Part shown: positions 9,319-18,971 of the stretch, piece after piece | Numbering within the stretch: the first letter of the stretch is position 1 | Layout of the letters: every line of letters begins with the position of its first letter | Made by a program: the position numbers and the translations under genes | Notes under the pieces: generated by a model | What the model saw: only the letters and a program-made list of their open reading frames with translations | Databases searched by the model: none | Told to the model about the DNA's origin: nothing | Origin: Anaerovoracaceae bacterium | GTDB taxonomy: Bacteria > Bacillota > Clostridia > Peptostreptococcales > Anaerovoracaceae | NCBI GenBank assembly: GCA_045545495.1 | Contig: JAZQBC010000058.1 | Location: forward strand, 17,246 to 81,245 | Direction of reading: 5' to 3' | Length of the DNA stretch: 64,000 nt

Positions 9319-10239
9319 ATGAACAAATTCGTTGAAAAGTATGGGCAGATCCTTATTCCTATGATCACTCCTTATGACGAGAACGAGGAAGTGAATTATG
9401 AGGAATACGCTAAACTGGTAGATTATCTCATTACTGAGGACATGGGTGACTCTCTTATCGTCACCGGTACTACAGGAGAGGCGTGCCTGCTTACTTTTGA
9501 TGAAAGAGTCAAGCTGTTCGAGACTGCTGTAAAGGCAGCCGCGGGAAGAAAGCCTGTCATCGCCGGTACAGGCTGCGCATCAACTAAGGAAACTATAGAG
9601 CTTACAAATAAGGCATATGAGCTTGGTATCGAGACATGCCTGGTAGTATGTCCGTTCTACAACAAGCCGACACAGGAGGGTCTCTACCTTCACTATAAGA
9701 AGCTTGCCGAGAACACCAAGGCCAATATCATGCTTTACAACATTCCTATCTTTGTAGGAGTAAATATGGAGGCTGAAACGGTCAGAAGACTTGCGTCGAT
9801 CGAGAACATCATCGGCATCAAGGACGAGGCCGGAGTCAACCCTACACAGGTCACAGACTTCTTTATGGCAACTGCGGATATAGATCCGGACTTCGCGATC
9901 TTCAACGGAGATGATGTGATGCTCATGCCTACGATCGTTCAGGGAGCTATGGGACTTGTAAGCGGCGGCTCGCATATTTACGGACACGAAGTAAGAGAGA
10001 TCTTCAAGGCTTTCGCTGCGGGCGATAACGCCAGGGCAAAAGAGCTCTTCGATGAAATGTATGAATTCTGCAAGAGCACAGGCCAGAACGGAAGGATACT
10101 TCCAAACTCCATCCTCAGACCGGCGATCGAAGCTGTGACAGGCCTTAATCTCGGACCTGCCAGACTGCCGCTGGCTCCACCTACTGAAGAAGAGATGGAG
10201 GTCACACTGGGGATCCTGAAAAAACAGGGAAGGATCTAG
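9319..10239 (+). CDS. 4-hydroxy-tetrahydrodipicolinate synthase-like class I aldolase (DapA family, paralogue 2)
   Basis: 'TGTTGEACLL', 'LYNIP' and 'IGIKDEAG'. No dapB, asd or lysA nearby. Confidence 0.85.
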   Translation: MNKFVEKYGQILIPMITPYDENEEVNYEEYAKLVDYLITEDMGDSLIVTGTTGEACLLTFDERVKLFETAVKAAAGRKPVIAGTGCASTKETIELTNKAYELGIETCLVVCPFYNKPTQEGLYLHYKKLAENTKANIMLYNIPIFVGVNMEAETVRRLASIENIIGIKDEAGVNPTQVTDFFMATADIDPDFAIFNGDDVMLMPTIVQGAMGLVSGGSHIYGHEVREIFKAFAAGDNARAKELFDEMYEFCKSTGQNGRILPNSILRPAIEAVTGLNLGPARLPLAPPTEEEMEVTLGILKKQGRI

Positions 10240-10332
10240 TCTCGGGGAAATGCCCCCCCGGCCATTCAAGTTCATTACATCATTCACTAACGGATGATTA
10301 TGAAAAATATCTTAATTCAAGGAGGTAAACAC

Positions 10333-11166
10333 ATGAAGATTAAGAAAATCACAAGTTTGATTCTTATTGCTGCAATGATGTGCTTCGCATTCGCAAGTTG
10401 TGGCTCCGGATCTTCAAGCTCAGGTGGAGGCGATCTCCTCGCGTCTGTTCTTGAAAAGGGTGAGCTTCAGGTTGCTGTAGAAGCAGGAGATGAGCCATGG
10501 GCTTACCAGCCTGAGGGAGAATCCGAGTACACAGGAATGGCTGTTGAGATCATTCAGGGATTCGGTGAGGCCATTGGCGTAAACGTTGTTATCAACCCAT
10601 TCGAGTTCTCTGAGCAGATACCTGCTGTACAGTCGGGCAAGGTCGACATGATCGCCTGCAACATTTCCAGAACTCAGCAGAGATCTGCCACAGTACTGTT
10701 CACAGAGCCTGTATCCTACAACAATGGTGTAGCTGTTGTTAAGAAGGACAGCGGCTTCAAGAGCGTTACTGAGCTTGACTCCGGTGATATCACCCTGACA
10801 ACACCTGCCGGCTCCATCCAGGAAGAGCTTGCTAAGGAAAAATTCCCTAAGGCTAAGCTGAATGCTCTTGGTTCGACAAGTGACGCTATGGCAGCTCTCA
10901 AGGCTGGACGTGCTGATGCTTACATCACAGACAACATCCAGGGCGCTAAGATGCTCGAGTCTGACAGCAGCCTTGAAATGCTTCCAGAGGCACTGAACTC
11001 CGATACAGTTGCTTTCGCGCTGGCACTTGATACAAACTCCTACACACTCCGCGACGCGTTCAACAACTACCTCAAGGTAATCAAGATCGACGGAACGTAC
11101 AACGAGCTCTACAAGAAGTACTTCGGTACTGACTGGGTACCTCTGACAATCGAGTACGGTGCATAA
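10333..11166 (+). CDS. amino-acid ABC transporter substrate-binding lipoprotein
   Basis: Signal peptide with lipobox 'CFAFASCGSG'. Start at 'MKIKKITS' with RBS 'aaggagg'. Confidence 0.85.
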   Translation: MKIKKITSLILIAAMMCFAFASCGSGSSSSGGGDLLASVLEKGELQVAVEAGDEPWAYQPEGESEYTGMAVEIIQGFGEAIGVNVVINPFEFSEQIPAVQSGKVDMIACNISRTQQRSATVLFTEPVSYNNGVAVVKKDSGFKSVTELDSGDITLTTPAGSIQEELAKEKFPKAKLNALGSTSDAMAALKAGRADAYITDNIQGAKMLESDSSLEMLPEALNSDTVAFALALDTNSYTLRDAFNNYLKVIKIDGTYNELYKKYFGTDWVPLTIEYGA

Positions 11167-11282
11167 TTCATACATTTAGCTACTATTCTGGGTTAAATGA
11201 TTAATTAATAAGAGGCGTCATTTTCCCTATCCTTTAGAGAAAGTGGCGCCTCATGCGCTTTAGGACACACTAAGAGGTCATT

Positions 11283-11930
11283 ATGAATGCATTACAATTT
11301 GCAGGATGGCTGCCAGATCTTCTTGAAGGTCTCAAGATCACCATGGCAGCATCATTGATATCGATAGTAACCTCAACTGTTTTAGGAGCAGTTGTGGCGA
11401 TTTTCGTGGCATATGACAACAAGATAGTGACGGGCATCCTGAGAGTCTTTGTTTCCATATTCAGGAACACCCCACTGCTGGTCATAATGTTTTTCATATT
11501 TTATGGACTTCCGCTTATTAACGTTGTGTGGCCGCCTCTGGTCTGCGGAATACTGGCGATCACGCTTAATGAGAGCGCTTTTGTGGCGGAAATATTACGA
11601 GGTTCGATTTTGAATATACCGCAGGGAGATATAGAGGCCGCCGTAAGTCTGGGACTGAAAAAGTGGCAGGTCTCAAGCAAGATAATCTTCCCGCTTGCTA
11701 TGAGGAATTCGGTTCCGATGCTCGTCGGACAGTCCTCTGTAATAGTTAAGGATACATCGCTGTTCTCACTGATAATGATATTCGATCTTATGAGAGCGGG
11801 TCAGGCATACTACGACAAATATCTGAGCAGTGTATCGATCTGGATAGTAGGTGTGATATACGTGCTTATATTCCTTGCGCTTAGCTGGCTGGGAGCAAGA
11901 CTTGAGCAGAAAGCGTCGTTCAAGAGGTAG
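11283..11930 (+). CDS. amino-acid ABC transporter permease
   Basis: Multi-TM protein with EAA-type loop 'IEAAVSLGLKKWQVSSKIIFPLAMRNSVP'. Confidence 0.85.
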   Translation: MNALQFAGWLPDLLEGLKITMAASLISIVTSTVLGAVVAIFVAYDNKIVTGILRVFVSIFRNTPLLVIMFFIFYGLPLINVVWPPLVCGILAITLNESAFVAEILRGSILNIPQGDIEAAVSLGLKKWQVSSKIIFPLAMRNSVPMLVGQSSVIVKDTSLFSLIMIFDLMRAGQAYYDKYLSSVSIWIVGVIYVLIFLALSWLGARLEQKASFKR

Positions 11931-11939
11931 GGTGACACT

Positions 11940-12599
11940 ATGACTATATGGCAAATGATCAAATACATGCTTGCGGGCATTGGGATCACGTTTGAACTGG
12001 TGCCGCTCGCAATAGTGACTACATTCATCTTCGGAATGATACTCGGTATCCTTTCATTCAAGCGGATACCACTTATGAAGTATCTCCTGAAACTGTACAA
12101 CGTAGTCATGAGAGGACTGCCGACGATGGTCGTTCTCAAACTTATATACTATAACGCAAATTTCTCATCGGCTTTTATGGCGGCATTGATCTCGCTGACT
12201 CTGTACCACGGAGCATATATAGGCGAGATAATCAGAGGATGCTTCGAAACAGTTCCTGTTGGTCAGATGCAGGCAGGCTTGTCGCTCGGCCTCAGCTATT
12301 GGAAGATCATGTTCAAGATCTATATACCGCAGATACTGAAGCCGATGATCCCGATGGTCTGCAGCCAATACATCCTTCTCGTCAAGGATACTACGCTCGT
12401 CTATATCGTGGGCGTAATGGACATGATGTGGAGAGGCAGACAGATGATGGCTATGACATTCGATCCTATATCGGGATATCTGCTGATAGGCGTCTTCTAC
12501 TACATTCTCTGTACACTTATCGAGATCCTTGGCAGACGTGTTGAGAAGTCGATATCGATCAAACACAGAGGACGTATGCTCGGAACTTATTACCGTTGA
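11940..12599 (+). CDS. amino-acid ABC transporter permease
   Basis: Multi-TM protein with 'MQAGLSLGLSYWKIMFKIYIPQILKPMIP'. Confidence 0.85.
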   Translation: MTIWQMIKYMLAGIGITFELVPLAIVTTFIFGMILGILSFKRIPLMKYLLKLYNVVMRGLPTMVVLKLIYYNANFSSAFMAALISLTLYHGAYIGEIIRGCFETVPVGQMQAGLSLGLSYWKIMFKIYIPQILKPMIPMVCSQYILLVKDTTLVYIVGVMDMMWRGRQMMAMTFDPISGYLLIGVFYYILCTLIEILGRRVEKSISIKHRGRMLGTYYR

Positions 12600-12621
12600 T
12601 CAATCGGAAAGGATAGCAAAT

Positions 12622-13365
12622 ATGTCAGAAGATAGGCAAGTACTGGTGCAGTTCAAAGATGTTTGCAAAACATTCAATGAAGGCAAAACAGTTGTAATGG
12701 ATCACTTCAGCTTCGACTTTCTTAAGGGCGAGACGCATGTAATTTGCGGCAGAAGCGGCGCGGGCAAAAGTACGCTCATCCGCTGTATCAACTACCTTGA
12801 GCAGATCGACAGCGGTGAGATCAATATGGATGGGATAGTTCTGGATAAAAAGACGGCTATCGATATACGAAAGAGAGTCGCTATGGTATTCCAGAATTTC
12901 AACCTTTTCCCTAATATGACGGCACTCCAGAATGTGAGCTTTGGGCCTATAGAATCACTCCATGTGCCAAAGGCTGAAGCGATCGAGGGCGCGGAAAAAT
13001 ATCTCGAGAAGGTTGGTCTCAAGGACAAAATGAACTCCAAACCGGGAGAGCTTTCCGGCGGTCAGCAGCAGAGAGTGGCGATCGCCCGCGCTCTCAATAT
13101 GAATCCGGAGCTTATCCTGTTTGATGAGCCTACGAGCGCTCTCGACCCTGAGATGGTAGGCGAGGTCATCGATATCATGGAGGAGCTCTCGGCAGAACAC
13201 AGGAGCATGATAGTCGTTACTCATGAGATGGGTTTTGCTAAAGCAGCCGCGGACAGGATCTCCTTCCTTGAAGGAGGGCGGTTCCTCGAGACCAATACAC
13301 CGATCGAATTTTTCGAGCATCCGAAAAACGAGAGTCTGGCCAAGTTCATAAGTCAGATCCAGTAA
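12622..13365 (+). CDS. amino-acid ABC transporter ATP-binding protein
   Basis: 'GRSGAGKST', 'LSGGQQQR', '[11 protein letters not shown]'. Start at 'MSEDRQVLV'; the ORF-track start at 12529 overlaps the permease. Confidence 0.9.
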   Translation: MSEDRQVLVQFKDVCKTFNEGKTVVMDHFSFDFLKGETHVICGRSGAGKSTLIRCINYLEQIDSGEINMDGIVLDKKTAIDIRKRVAMVFQNFNLFPNMTALQNVSFGPIESLHVPKAEAIEGAEKYLEKVGLKDKMNSKPGELSGGQQQRVAIARALNMNPELILFDEPTSALDPEMVGEVIDIMEELSAEHRSMIVVTHEMGFAKAAADRISFLEGGRFLETNTPIEFFEHPKNESLAKFISQIQ

Positions 13366-13383
13366 AAGAGGAGGCTTTTGAAG

Positions 13384-14340
13384 ATGAAGAGACCAAAGAT
13401 ACTTGTAGTGGGCAGCTTTATGATGGACATGACGGTTTCGGCGCCAAGAGTACCTGATCTTGGAGAGACCGTTACAGGGACGAAGTTCTCGACGGCACCC
13501 GGAGGGAAAGGCTTCAATCAGGCAGTTCAGTGCGCGAGGCTCGGAGCGGATGTCACTATGGTAGGCTGCCTCGGTAATGACACTAACGGAGAGGAATTTA
13601 TCCGTGTAGCCAAGGACATAGGTCTTGACATAGAGCATGTCAAGATCAGCGATACAGAGCATACCGGAGTTGCAAGCATACAGCTTGAGGTCAAGGATGA
13701 TTCCGTCCAAAACAGGATCATCATAGTGCCGGGCTCCAATTACGCTCTGACCCCTGAAGATCTGGGCTGGCTGGAGGGCGCGATCTCGGATTACGATATC
13801 GTGATGCTGCAGCTTGAGATCTCGATGGAGACGAACAAATATGTTGCGGAAGTAGCTGACAAGGCTGGCGTTAAAGTCATGCTCAATCCGGCACCGGCTG
13901 CGGAACTGGATAGCGATTTCCTCAGCAACGTTACATATCTGTCGCCGAATGAGTTTGAGGCTGCTCTACTTTCAGGTCACAAGATCAAAGTTGACGAAAA
14001 TGGAGCAGATGAGGACGACGCTCAGGAAGCGGCGAGAAAACTGATGGAGCTCGGCGCGGCCAAGGTCATAATAACCCTCGGTGAAAACGGATCTCTCCTA
14101 TGTGATCCGGATAGGTGCGTACGCGTCCCAAGTATTCTGGCTGACAATGTTGCGGATCCGACCGCTGCAGGAGATTCCTTTGTCGCGGCGTTCTGCACAG
14201 CGCAGGCCATGGGCATGACAGAGGAAGAGGCGCTTGAATACGCAAGCTATACCGCTTGCCTTACTGTACAGAGCCTCGGCGCTATGCCGTCGCTTCCGGA
14301 CAAAGAACGAGTCGATGCTTTCATTGGAAGCAAGAAATAG
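13384..14340 (+). CDS. PfkB-family sugar kinase (ribokinase-like)
   Basis: 'APGGKGFNQAV' and 'DPTAAGDSFVAAF' (ribokinase signatures). RBS 'agaggagg'. Confidence 0.85.
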   Translation: MKRPKILVVGSFMMDMTVSAPRVPDLGETVTGTKFSTAPGGKGFNQAVQCARLGADVTMVGCLGNDTNGEEFIRVAKDIGLDIEHVKISDTEHTGVASIQLEVKDDSVQNRIIIVPGSNYALTPEDLGWLEGAISDYDIVMLQLEISMETNKYVAEVADKAGVKVMLNPAPAAELDSDFLSNVTYLSPNEFEAALLSGHKIKVDENGADEDDAQEAARKLMELGAAKVIITLGENGSLLCDPDRCVRVPSILADNVADPTAAGDSFVAAFCTAQAMGMTEEEALEYASYTACLTVQSLGAMPSLPDKERVDAFIGSKK

Positions 14341-14429
14341 AAAGAACTGATCAGTGCTTCCGCGTGAGGTAGAAATACCAGAAAGAACAGTCAAGCGCTT
14401 CCGTGGGAAGCGAAAAGAGTGGTAGACAA

Positions 14430-15047
14430 ATGGTTAAAGAACAGAGTAAACAGGCAGTCCGTGATTTTATAGAATCAGCCCGCAGGGAGTTCGACTCTCA
14501 GACTTTGAAGTTCGATTATTCCCAGATAGAAAATGCCGCTCAGTTGATCCTTGATACTCAGGCCAACGGCGGGAGGGTACATATCACCGGAATAGGCAAG
14601 CCGGGGCATGTTTCTTCATATATAGCCTCACTTATGTCTTCAACCGGGAATCCTTGTTATTTCCTTGATGGCACCGAAGCGTATCACGGATCCAGCGGTC
14701 AATTGATCGAAGGGGATGTCGTGATCGCCATTTCCAATTCAGGTGAGACTAACGAGCTCAAGACTACGGTCACTACTGTTAAGGGCCTGGGCTGCAAGCT
14801 GATAGGAGTCTCCGGCAACGCTGACAGCTGGCTTGCGCTCAACTCGGATGCTTTCCTTCTCGCTCATGTCGATGCTGAAGGAGGGCCGCTCAACAGGGCA
14901 CCGCGCAATTCTGTTATCGCGGAGATGCTGGTGCTCCAGGCTCTAAGCGTGTTGCTTCAGGAGGAAAAAGGCCTGGATCCTGTGGAATATGTAAGGCATC
15001 ATCCGGGCGGTAAGTTGGGCCAACTCAGAGATGATGAGAAGCGGTAG
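14430..15047 (+). CDS. SIS-domain sugar-phosphate isomerase (KpsF/GutQ-like, no CBS pair)
   Basis: 'ITGIGKPGHVSSYIASLMSSTG', 'HGSSGQ' and 'AISNSGETNEL'. An alternative GTG start exists at 14403. Confidence 0.8.
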   Translation: MVKEQSKQAVRDFIESARREFDSQTLKFDYSQIENAAQLILDTQANGGRVHITGIGKPGHVSSYIASLMSSTGNPCYFLDGTEAYHGSSGQLIEGDVVIAISNSGETNELKTTVTTVKGLGCKLIGVSGNADSWLALNSDAFLLAHVDAEGGPLNRAPRNSVIAEMLVLQALSVLLQEEKGLDPVEYVRHHPGGKLGQLRDDEKR

Positions 15048-15078
15048 GTATTCCACTTTTAATGTGATGGTGCGAAGG

Positions 15079-16017
15079 ATGAAAGACAAGATTCGTGTCG
15101 GTGTACTGGGTACAGGATATGTAGCGATCAATAATTATCTGCCGATCCTCTCGGGGATGGACGATGTTGAGATCGCGGCGATACTCTCGGGCCATATAGA
15201 GAATGCTCAGAAGGCGGCCAAAAGATTTGGTGCGGCGAAAGCGGTAAGCACGATAGCGGAGCTGGTGGATGAGGGTATTGATTGTGCCTTTGTCCTGACT
15301 CCTAAGGGCTTCCACTTTGAGCATGTGAACTTTCTTTTGAATAAAGGCATCCCGACATATTGTGAGAAACCTCTGGCCACCGACCTTGGCGACTGCAGAG
15401 AGCTAGCGAGGATGAGTGAGGCGACTAAGACTATACTCATGGTTGGTTTCAATAGGCGTTTTGCTCCCATCGTGCAGGCAGCAAAAGAAGTGTGGGGCGA
15501 TACAAAGCCTGATGTCATCATCGCTCAGAAAAACCGGCCTGAGACTGAATACCACGCGACCCTCGAAAATGCCGTTCACATGGTGGATATACTGAGATTC
15601 TTCGGGGGAGAGGCCCGCGAGGTGCACGCTCTGGCAAAATACAGTGACCCGGATTACGAGACATTCACGACTGCAATGATAGAGTTTGAATGTGGTTCTT
15701 CTGGGATGCTTATTGCCGACAGGAGCGCCGGGCAGTGGGAAGAGACCATAGAGATGCACGGAGGCAACAAAACGGTAATAGTCAATATGCCGGAAAGCCT
15801 GACTGTGATCGATAAAGACAAGAAAACAACGGTCGAAATAACACCTCTTAATATGGGGTGGGCGAAGTCGGAAGAGAGAATGGGCTTCAGCAATGCTACC
15901 TCTTATTTCATAGATTGTGTCAGAAATGGCACGAGGCCTGAGCCAGATGCTGCGGACGCCGTACTTACACATGAACTGCTCGACAGGATCCTTGAGGATG
16001 CTGGGCTGCCGCGATAG
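15079..16017 (+). CDS. Gfo/Idh/MocA-family oxidoreductase
   Basis: 'IRVGVLGTGYVAINNYLP' Rossmann N-terminus and 'CEKPLA' motif. The start is ambiguous (15067 or 15079). Confidence 0.8.
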   Translation: MKDKIRVGVLGTGYVAINNYLPILSGMDDVEIAAILSGHIENAQKAAKRFGAAKAVSTIAELVDEGIDCAFVLTPKGFHFEHVNFLLNKGIPTYCEKPLATDLGDCRELARMSEATKTILMVGFNRRFAPIVQAAKEVWGDTKPDVIIAQKNRPETEYHATLENAVHMVDILRFFGGEAREVHALAKYSDPDYETFTTAMIEFECGSSGMLIADRSAGQWEETIEMHGGNKTVIVNMPESLTVIDKDKKTTVEITPLNMGWAKSEERMGFSNATSYFIDCVRNGTRPEPDAADAVLTHELLDRILEDAGLPR

Positions 16018-16044
16018 ACGATATTCGCGTTACAGATGTGGTGT

Positions 16045-16117
16045 AAACAGATAGCCGCGCGAAAGAGGTGCGATACAAATAGATATTTGAATGAAAGCGA
16101 CGCGAAACAGATAGCCG
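16045..16117 (+). repeat. 23-bp perfect direct repeat, two copies 50 bp apart
   Basis: 'aaacagatagccgcgcgaaagag' occurs at 16045-16067 and at 16095-16117. The second copy ends 15 nt before the ATG at 16133. Confidence 0.9.
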
Positions 16118-16132
16118 CGCGAAAGAGAACCG

Positions 16133-17290
16133 ATGGATTTGATTAATAAAAAAACAAAAGACATGGAGCAGGGCGCCATCCGGGAAATGTTCGACCGCGC
16201 GTCAGCGATGGAAGACGTTATAAGCCTCGGAATCGGCGAGCCGGACATCCATACAGATGCTTCGATCTGTGAGGCTGCGTATGTAGCCATGCAGGAAGGG
16301 TATACACACTATACGCCTAATGCGGGGATCATCCAGCTGCGGACGGCGATCGCGAACGAGACGTACCTGAAAGGTGCTCACTACGATCCCGGTTCAGAGG
16401 TGATCGTCACATGCGGCGGCGCAGGAGCTATATCCACACTGATGGCAGTCATCATAGATCCGGGTGATGAGGTGCTTATCCAGGACCCACAATGGTTCAA
16501 TTACGTATCGCAGGTCGAGTACTATGGTGGAAAGGCAATCAGGGTACCTGCCTATGCCGAAAACGGCTTCGAACTCGATGCCGAGACTATTTCGAAATAC
16601 GTAACAGATAGGACGAAGGCGCTGATGATCAACTCCCCAAACAATCCAACAGGGCGGGTGATTTCATATGAGACCGCGCGTGCGATATCTCGCTTAGCGG
16701 TGGAACGCGACTTTATGGTCATCAGCGATGATGTATATAACAGCCTTTTGTACACGGGTGAAGATCCGTTTTGCATAGCGGAGATGCCCGGCATGAAAGA
16801 GCGGACAGTTATAATAGGCAGCTTTTCTAAATCGTACGCTATGACAGGCTGGAGGATCGGCTATGCGGCGGGTCCTGCTGAGGTCATAGACAGGATGACG
16901 AAATGCCAGGAAATATTCACTGCTTGCGCCAGTTCAATGGGGCAATGGGCGGCATCTTACGCCTTGAAGAATCCTCAGATCGCAAAGAAGATCAAGGACA
17001 CTTTCGATAGGCGGCGCAGGCTGATCATGAGCGAGCTTTCACAGATCGACGGACTGAGGTTCGCGGAGCCGCAAGGCGCGTTCTACGTGTTCGCTGACAT
17101 AAGCGCTTTTGGCCTTAGCGATACTGAGTTTTGCAACAAACTGCTCGATGAGGAACATGTTGTATGTATTCCGGGAAGCCCGTTTGGTGAGCAGGGCAGA
17201 GGATACATACGAATCGCGTATACGATAGAAGAAGAAAAGTTAGTTGAGGCTGTCGGCAGGCTAAAAGCTTTCTGTGACAGATTGCGATAG
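16133..17290 (+). CDS. PLP-dependent aminotransferase, class I/II (AspC-like), copy 2
   Basis: 'INSPNNPTG' and 'SFSKSYAMTGWRIGY'. Confidence 0.9.
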   Translation: MDLINKKTKDMEQGAIREMFDRASAMEDVISLGIGEPDIHTDASICEAAYVAMQEGYTHYTPNAGIIQLRTAIANETYLKGAHYDPGSEVIVTCGGAGAISTLMAVIIDPGDEVLIQDPQWFNYVSQVEYYGGKAIRVPAYAENGFELDAETISKYVTDRTKALMINSPNNPTGRVISYETARAISRLAVERDFMVISDDVYNSLLYTGEDPFCIAEMPGMKERTVIIGSFSKSYAMTGWRIGYAAGPAEVIDRMTKCQEIFTACASSMGQWAASYALKNPQIAKKIKDTFDRRRRLIMSELSQIDGLRFAEPQGAFYVFADISAFGLSDTEFCNKLLDEEHVVCIPGSPFGEQGRGYIRIAYTIEEEKLVEAVGRLKAFCDRLR

Positions 17291-17422
17291 CGATAAAGAT
17301 AAAGATTTGCTTCGGCGCCAGTTGTGGCAGACCGAAATATGACAAGCCATAGAATAATCTGTCTCGACGTTGGAAGCACAAATCATAATACATATGATCG
17401 ATTATTAGGAGGGTACAGAATC

Positions 17423-17860
17423 ATGTTAAAAGGCGTTCCTAAAATTATCTCACCTGAGCTACTCAAGGTGCTTTGCGAGATGGGTCATGGAGACCGCATC
17501 GTGCTTGCTGATGGAAATTTCCCTTGCGAATCGATGGGGAAGAACGCGGTAGTGATCAGAGCTGACTCTATCGGCGTTTCTGAACTTTTGAAGGCGATCC
17601 TGCAGCTCTTCCCGTTGGATGCCAGCATAGAAAAGCCGGTGACACTTATGGAAGTCTCCGCCGGTGATGACGTTGAAACACCAATATGGGATGAGTTCAA
17701 GGAGATCGTAGCCGCTAACGATGAGCGGGGTGCGGACGCGTTCAGGGAGATCGGCAGATTCGACTTCTACGACGAGACACGAAGTTCATACTGCATCGTG
17801 GCTACCGGAGAGGAAGCTCTTTACGCGAACGTGATGCTGCAAAAGGGCGTAGTTAAGTAA
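17423..17860 (+). CDS. RbsD/FucU-family sugar mutarotase/pyranase
   Basis: 'MLKGVPKIISPELLKVLCEMGHGDRIVLADGNFP' is the typical N-terminus of this family. RBS 'aggaggg'. Confidence 0.8.
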   Translation: MLKGVPKIISPELLKVLCEMGHGDRIVLADGNFPCESMGKNAVVIRADSIGVSELLKAILQLFPLDASIEKPVTLMEVSAGDDVETPIWDEFKEIVAANDERGADAFREIGRFDFYDETRSSYCIVATGEEALYANVMLQKGVVK

Positions 17861-18009
17861 TTAAGCATATTATCTACTTCGATATCGATATCCGTTAAGT
17901 GGCAATTACCAGATATAGATATATTATTTTACGGTACGACAAGACAACAAATCACTTAATAGCGATATAACCGCACAATTATTTCATTTCTTCATGAATA
18001 CCTCTAAAT

Positions 18010-18059
18010 AACTGCCCGGGGAAATGGTGTTCGAGACATTTCTCCGGGCAGTTGTTTTG
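18010..18059. terminator. long hairpin terminator between convergent genes
   Basis: 17-bp stem 'aactgcccggggaaatg' and 'catttctccgggcagtt' with one mismatch, followed by 'gttttg'. Confidence 0.7.
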
Positions 18060-18095
18060 CCTGGATTTACTGGTCTTTATAGCCTCGCCAGATGA

Positions 18096-18971
18096 CTACA
18101 AACGCCGAAGCATATTGATAGTGTCTTCTGATGGCGGCGGGACAGATAGCATAGCGATTTTTCTATGGATCGCTTGAGCATCAAATGCGCCTTCACTAGC
18201 ACCAAATGTGAGCATTAGATTGATTTCCGGATAAAAACCTATTCGAGCGAATTGATCCCATCTATCTATAGATTCCGTCCTATACTGTCGGCGCTTGACG
18301 AGGTCTTTGTGGAACCAGTTACCCAGATGTTCGAAGATTTTAGGTTCCATAGTGTAGGCATCAAGTGCGGTAAAATCCGGCGACAGTACATCGTTGCCGA
18401 CTTCATGCGGAAGTTCAAATATGCACGGCACATCATAAATGAAGAAAGCTTCGTAATGTACGCATTCCGCTCTTGAACGCATCTTAGTTCCGTCGAAAGC
18501 AGTACATGTCAGTCCTGCAGGGTTTAGGACTGGATACCTGCTCTTGATTTCCCTCTTCTCCTGCATCCATTTGCCTATCTCCGGTTCCATCTTCAACACT
18601 GCAGCGTCTCTTGATAATTGGTATGTCCTCGGAAGAAGCTCGTTGATGTTTTCAGCTCGAGTGATTCTATATACACCCAGGAAATCTTCCATCGCCCTAA
18701 TGTTACCCTCGATTACAGCGAGCATTTCTTTGTAAAAACGATACTCCTTAACTTCCTGTATTTCGCTGTTTTCGCTATCACCGGCATAGGTATAACGTTC
18801 TTCGCCCGGGCGCTTTATCGTATAAAATAATCGCCGCCGATTCTTGATTGAAGCTTTGATATATACTCCGTGGTAATCAGACAATTCCTCAATTCTAGAA
18901 AGGTATCGGTTACGGAGTAGGTAATGTTGCTCAAGGTCGTACTCAACAGCGTGCTTGCTCGTATATCTCAT
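18096..18971 (-). CDS. hypothetical protein with a possible PD-(D/E)xK (TnsA-N-like) nuclease motif
   Basis: 291-aa ORF in an AT-rich islet. The segment 'RSRAECVHYE...LSPDFTALD...FEHLG' resembles the E...PDF...E-x-K layout, but the Lys is not obvious. No other family recognised. Confidence 0.6.
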   Translation of the reverse strand: MRYTSKHAVEYDLEQHYLLRNRYLSRIEELSDYHGVYIKASIKNRRRLFYTIKRPGEERYTYAGDSENSEIQEVKEYRFYKEMLAVIEGNIRAMEDFLGVYRITRAENINELLPRTYQLSRDAAVLKMEPEIGKWMQEKREIKSRYPVLNPAGLTCTAFDGTKMRSRAECVHYEAFFIYDVPCIFELPHEVGNDVLSPDFTALDAYTMEPKIFEHLGNWFHKDLVKRRQYRTESIDRWDQFARIGFYPEINLMLTFGASEGAFDAQAIHRKIAMLSVPPPSEDTINMLRRL

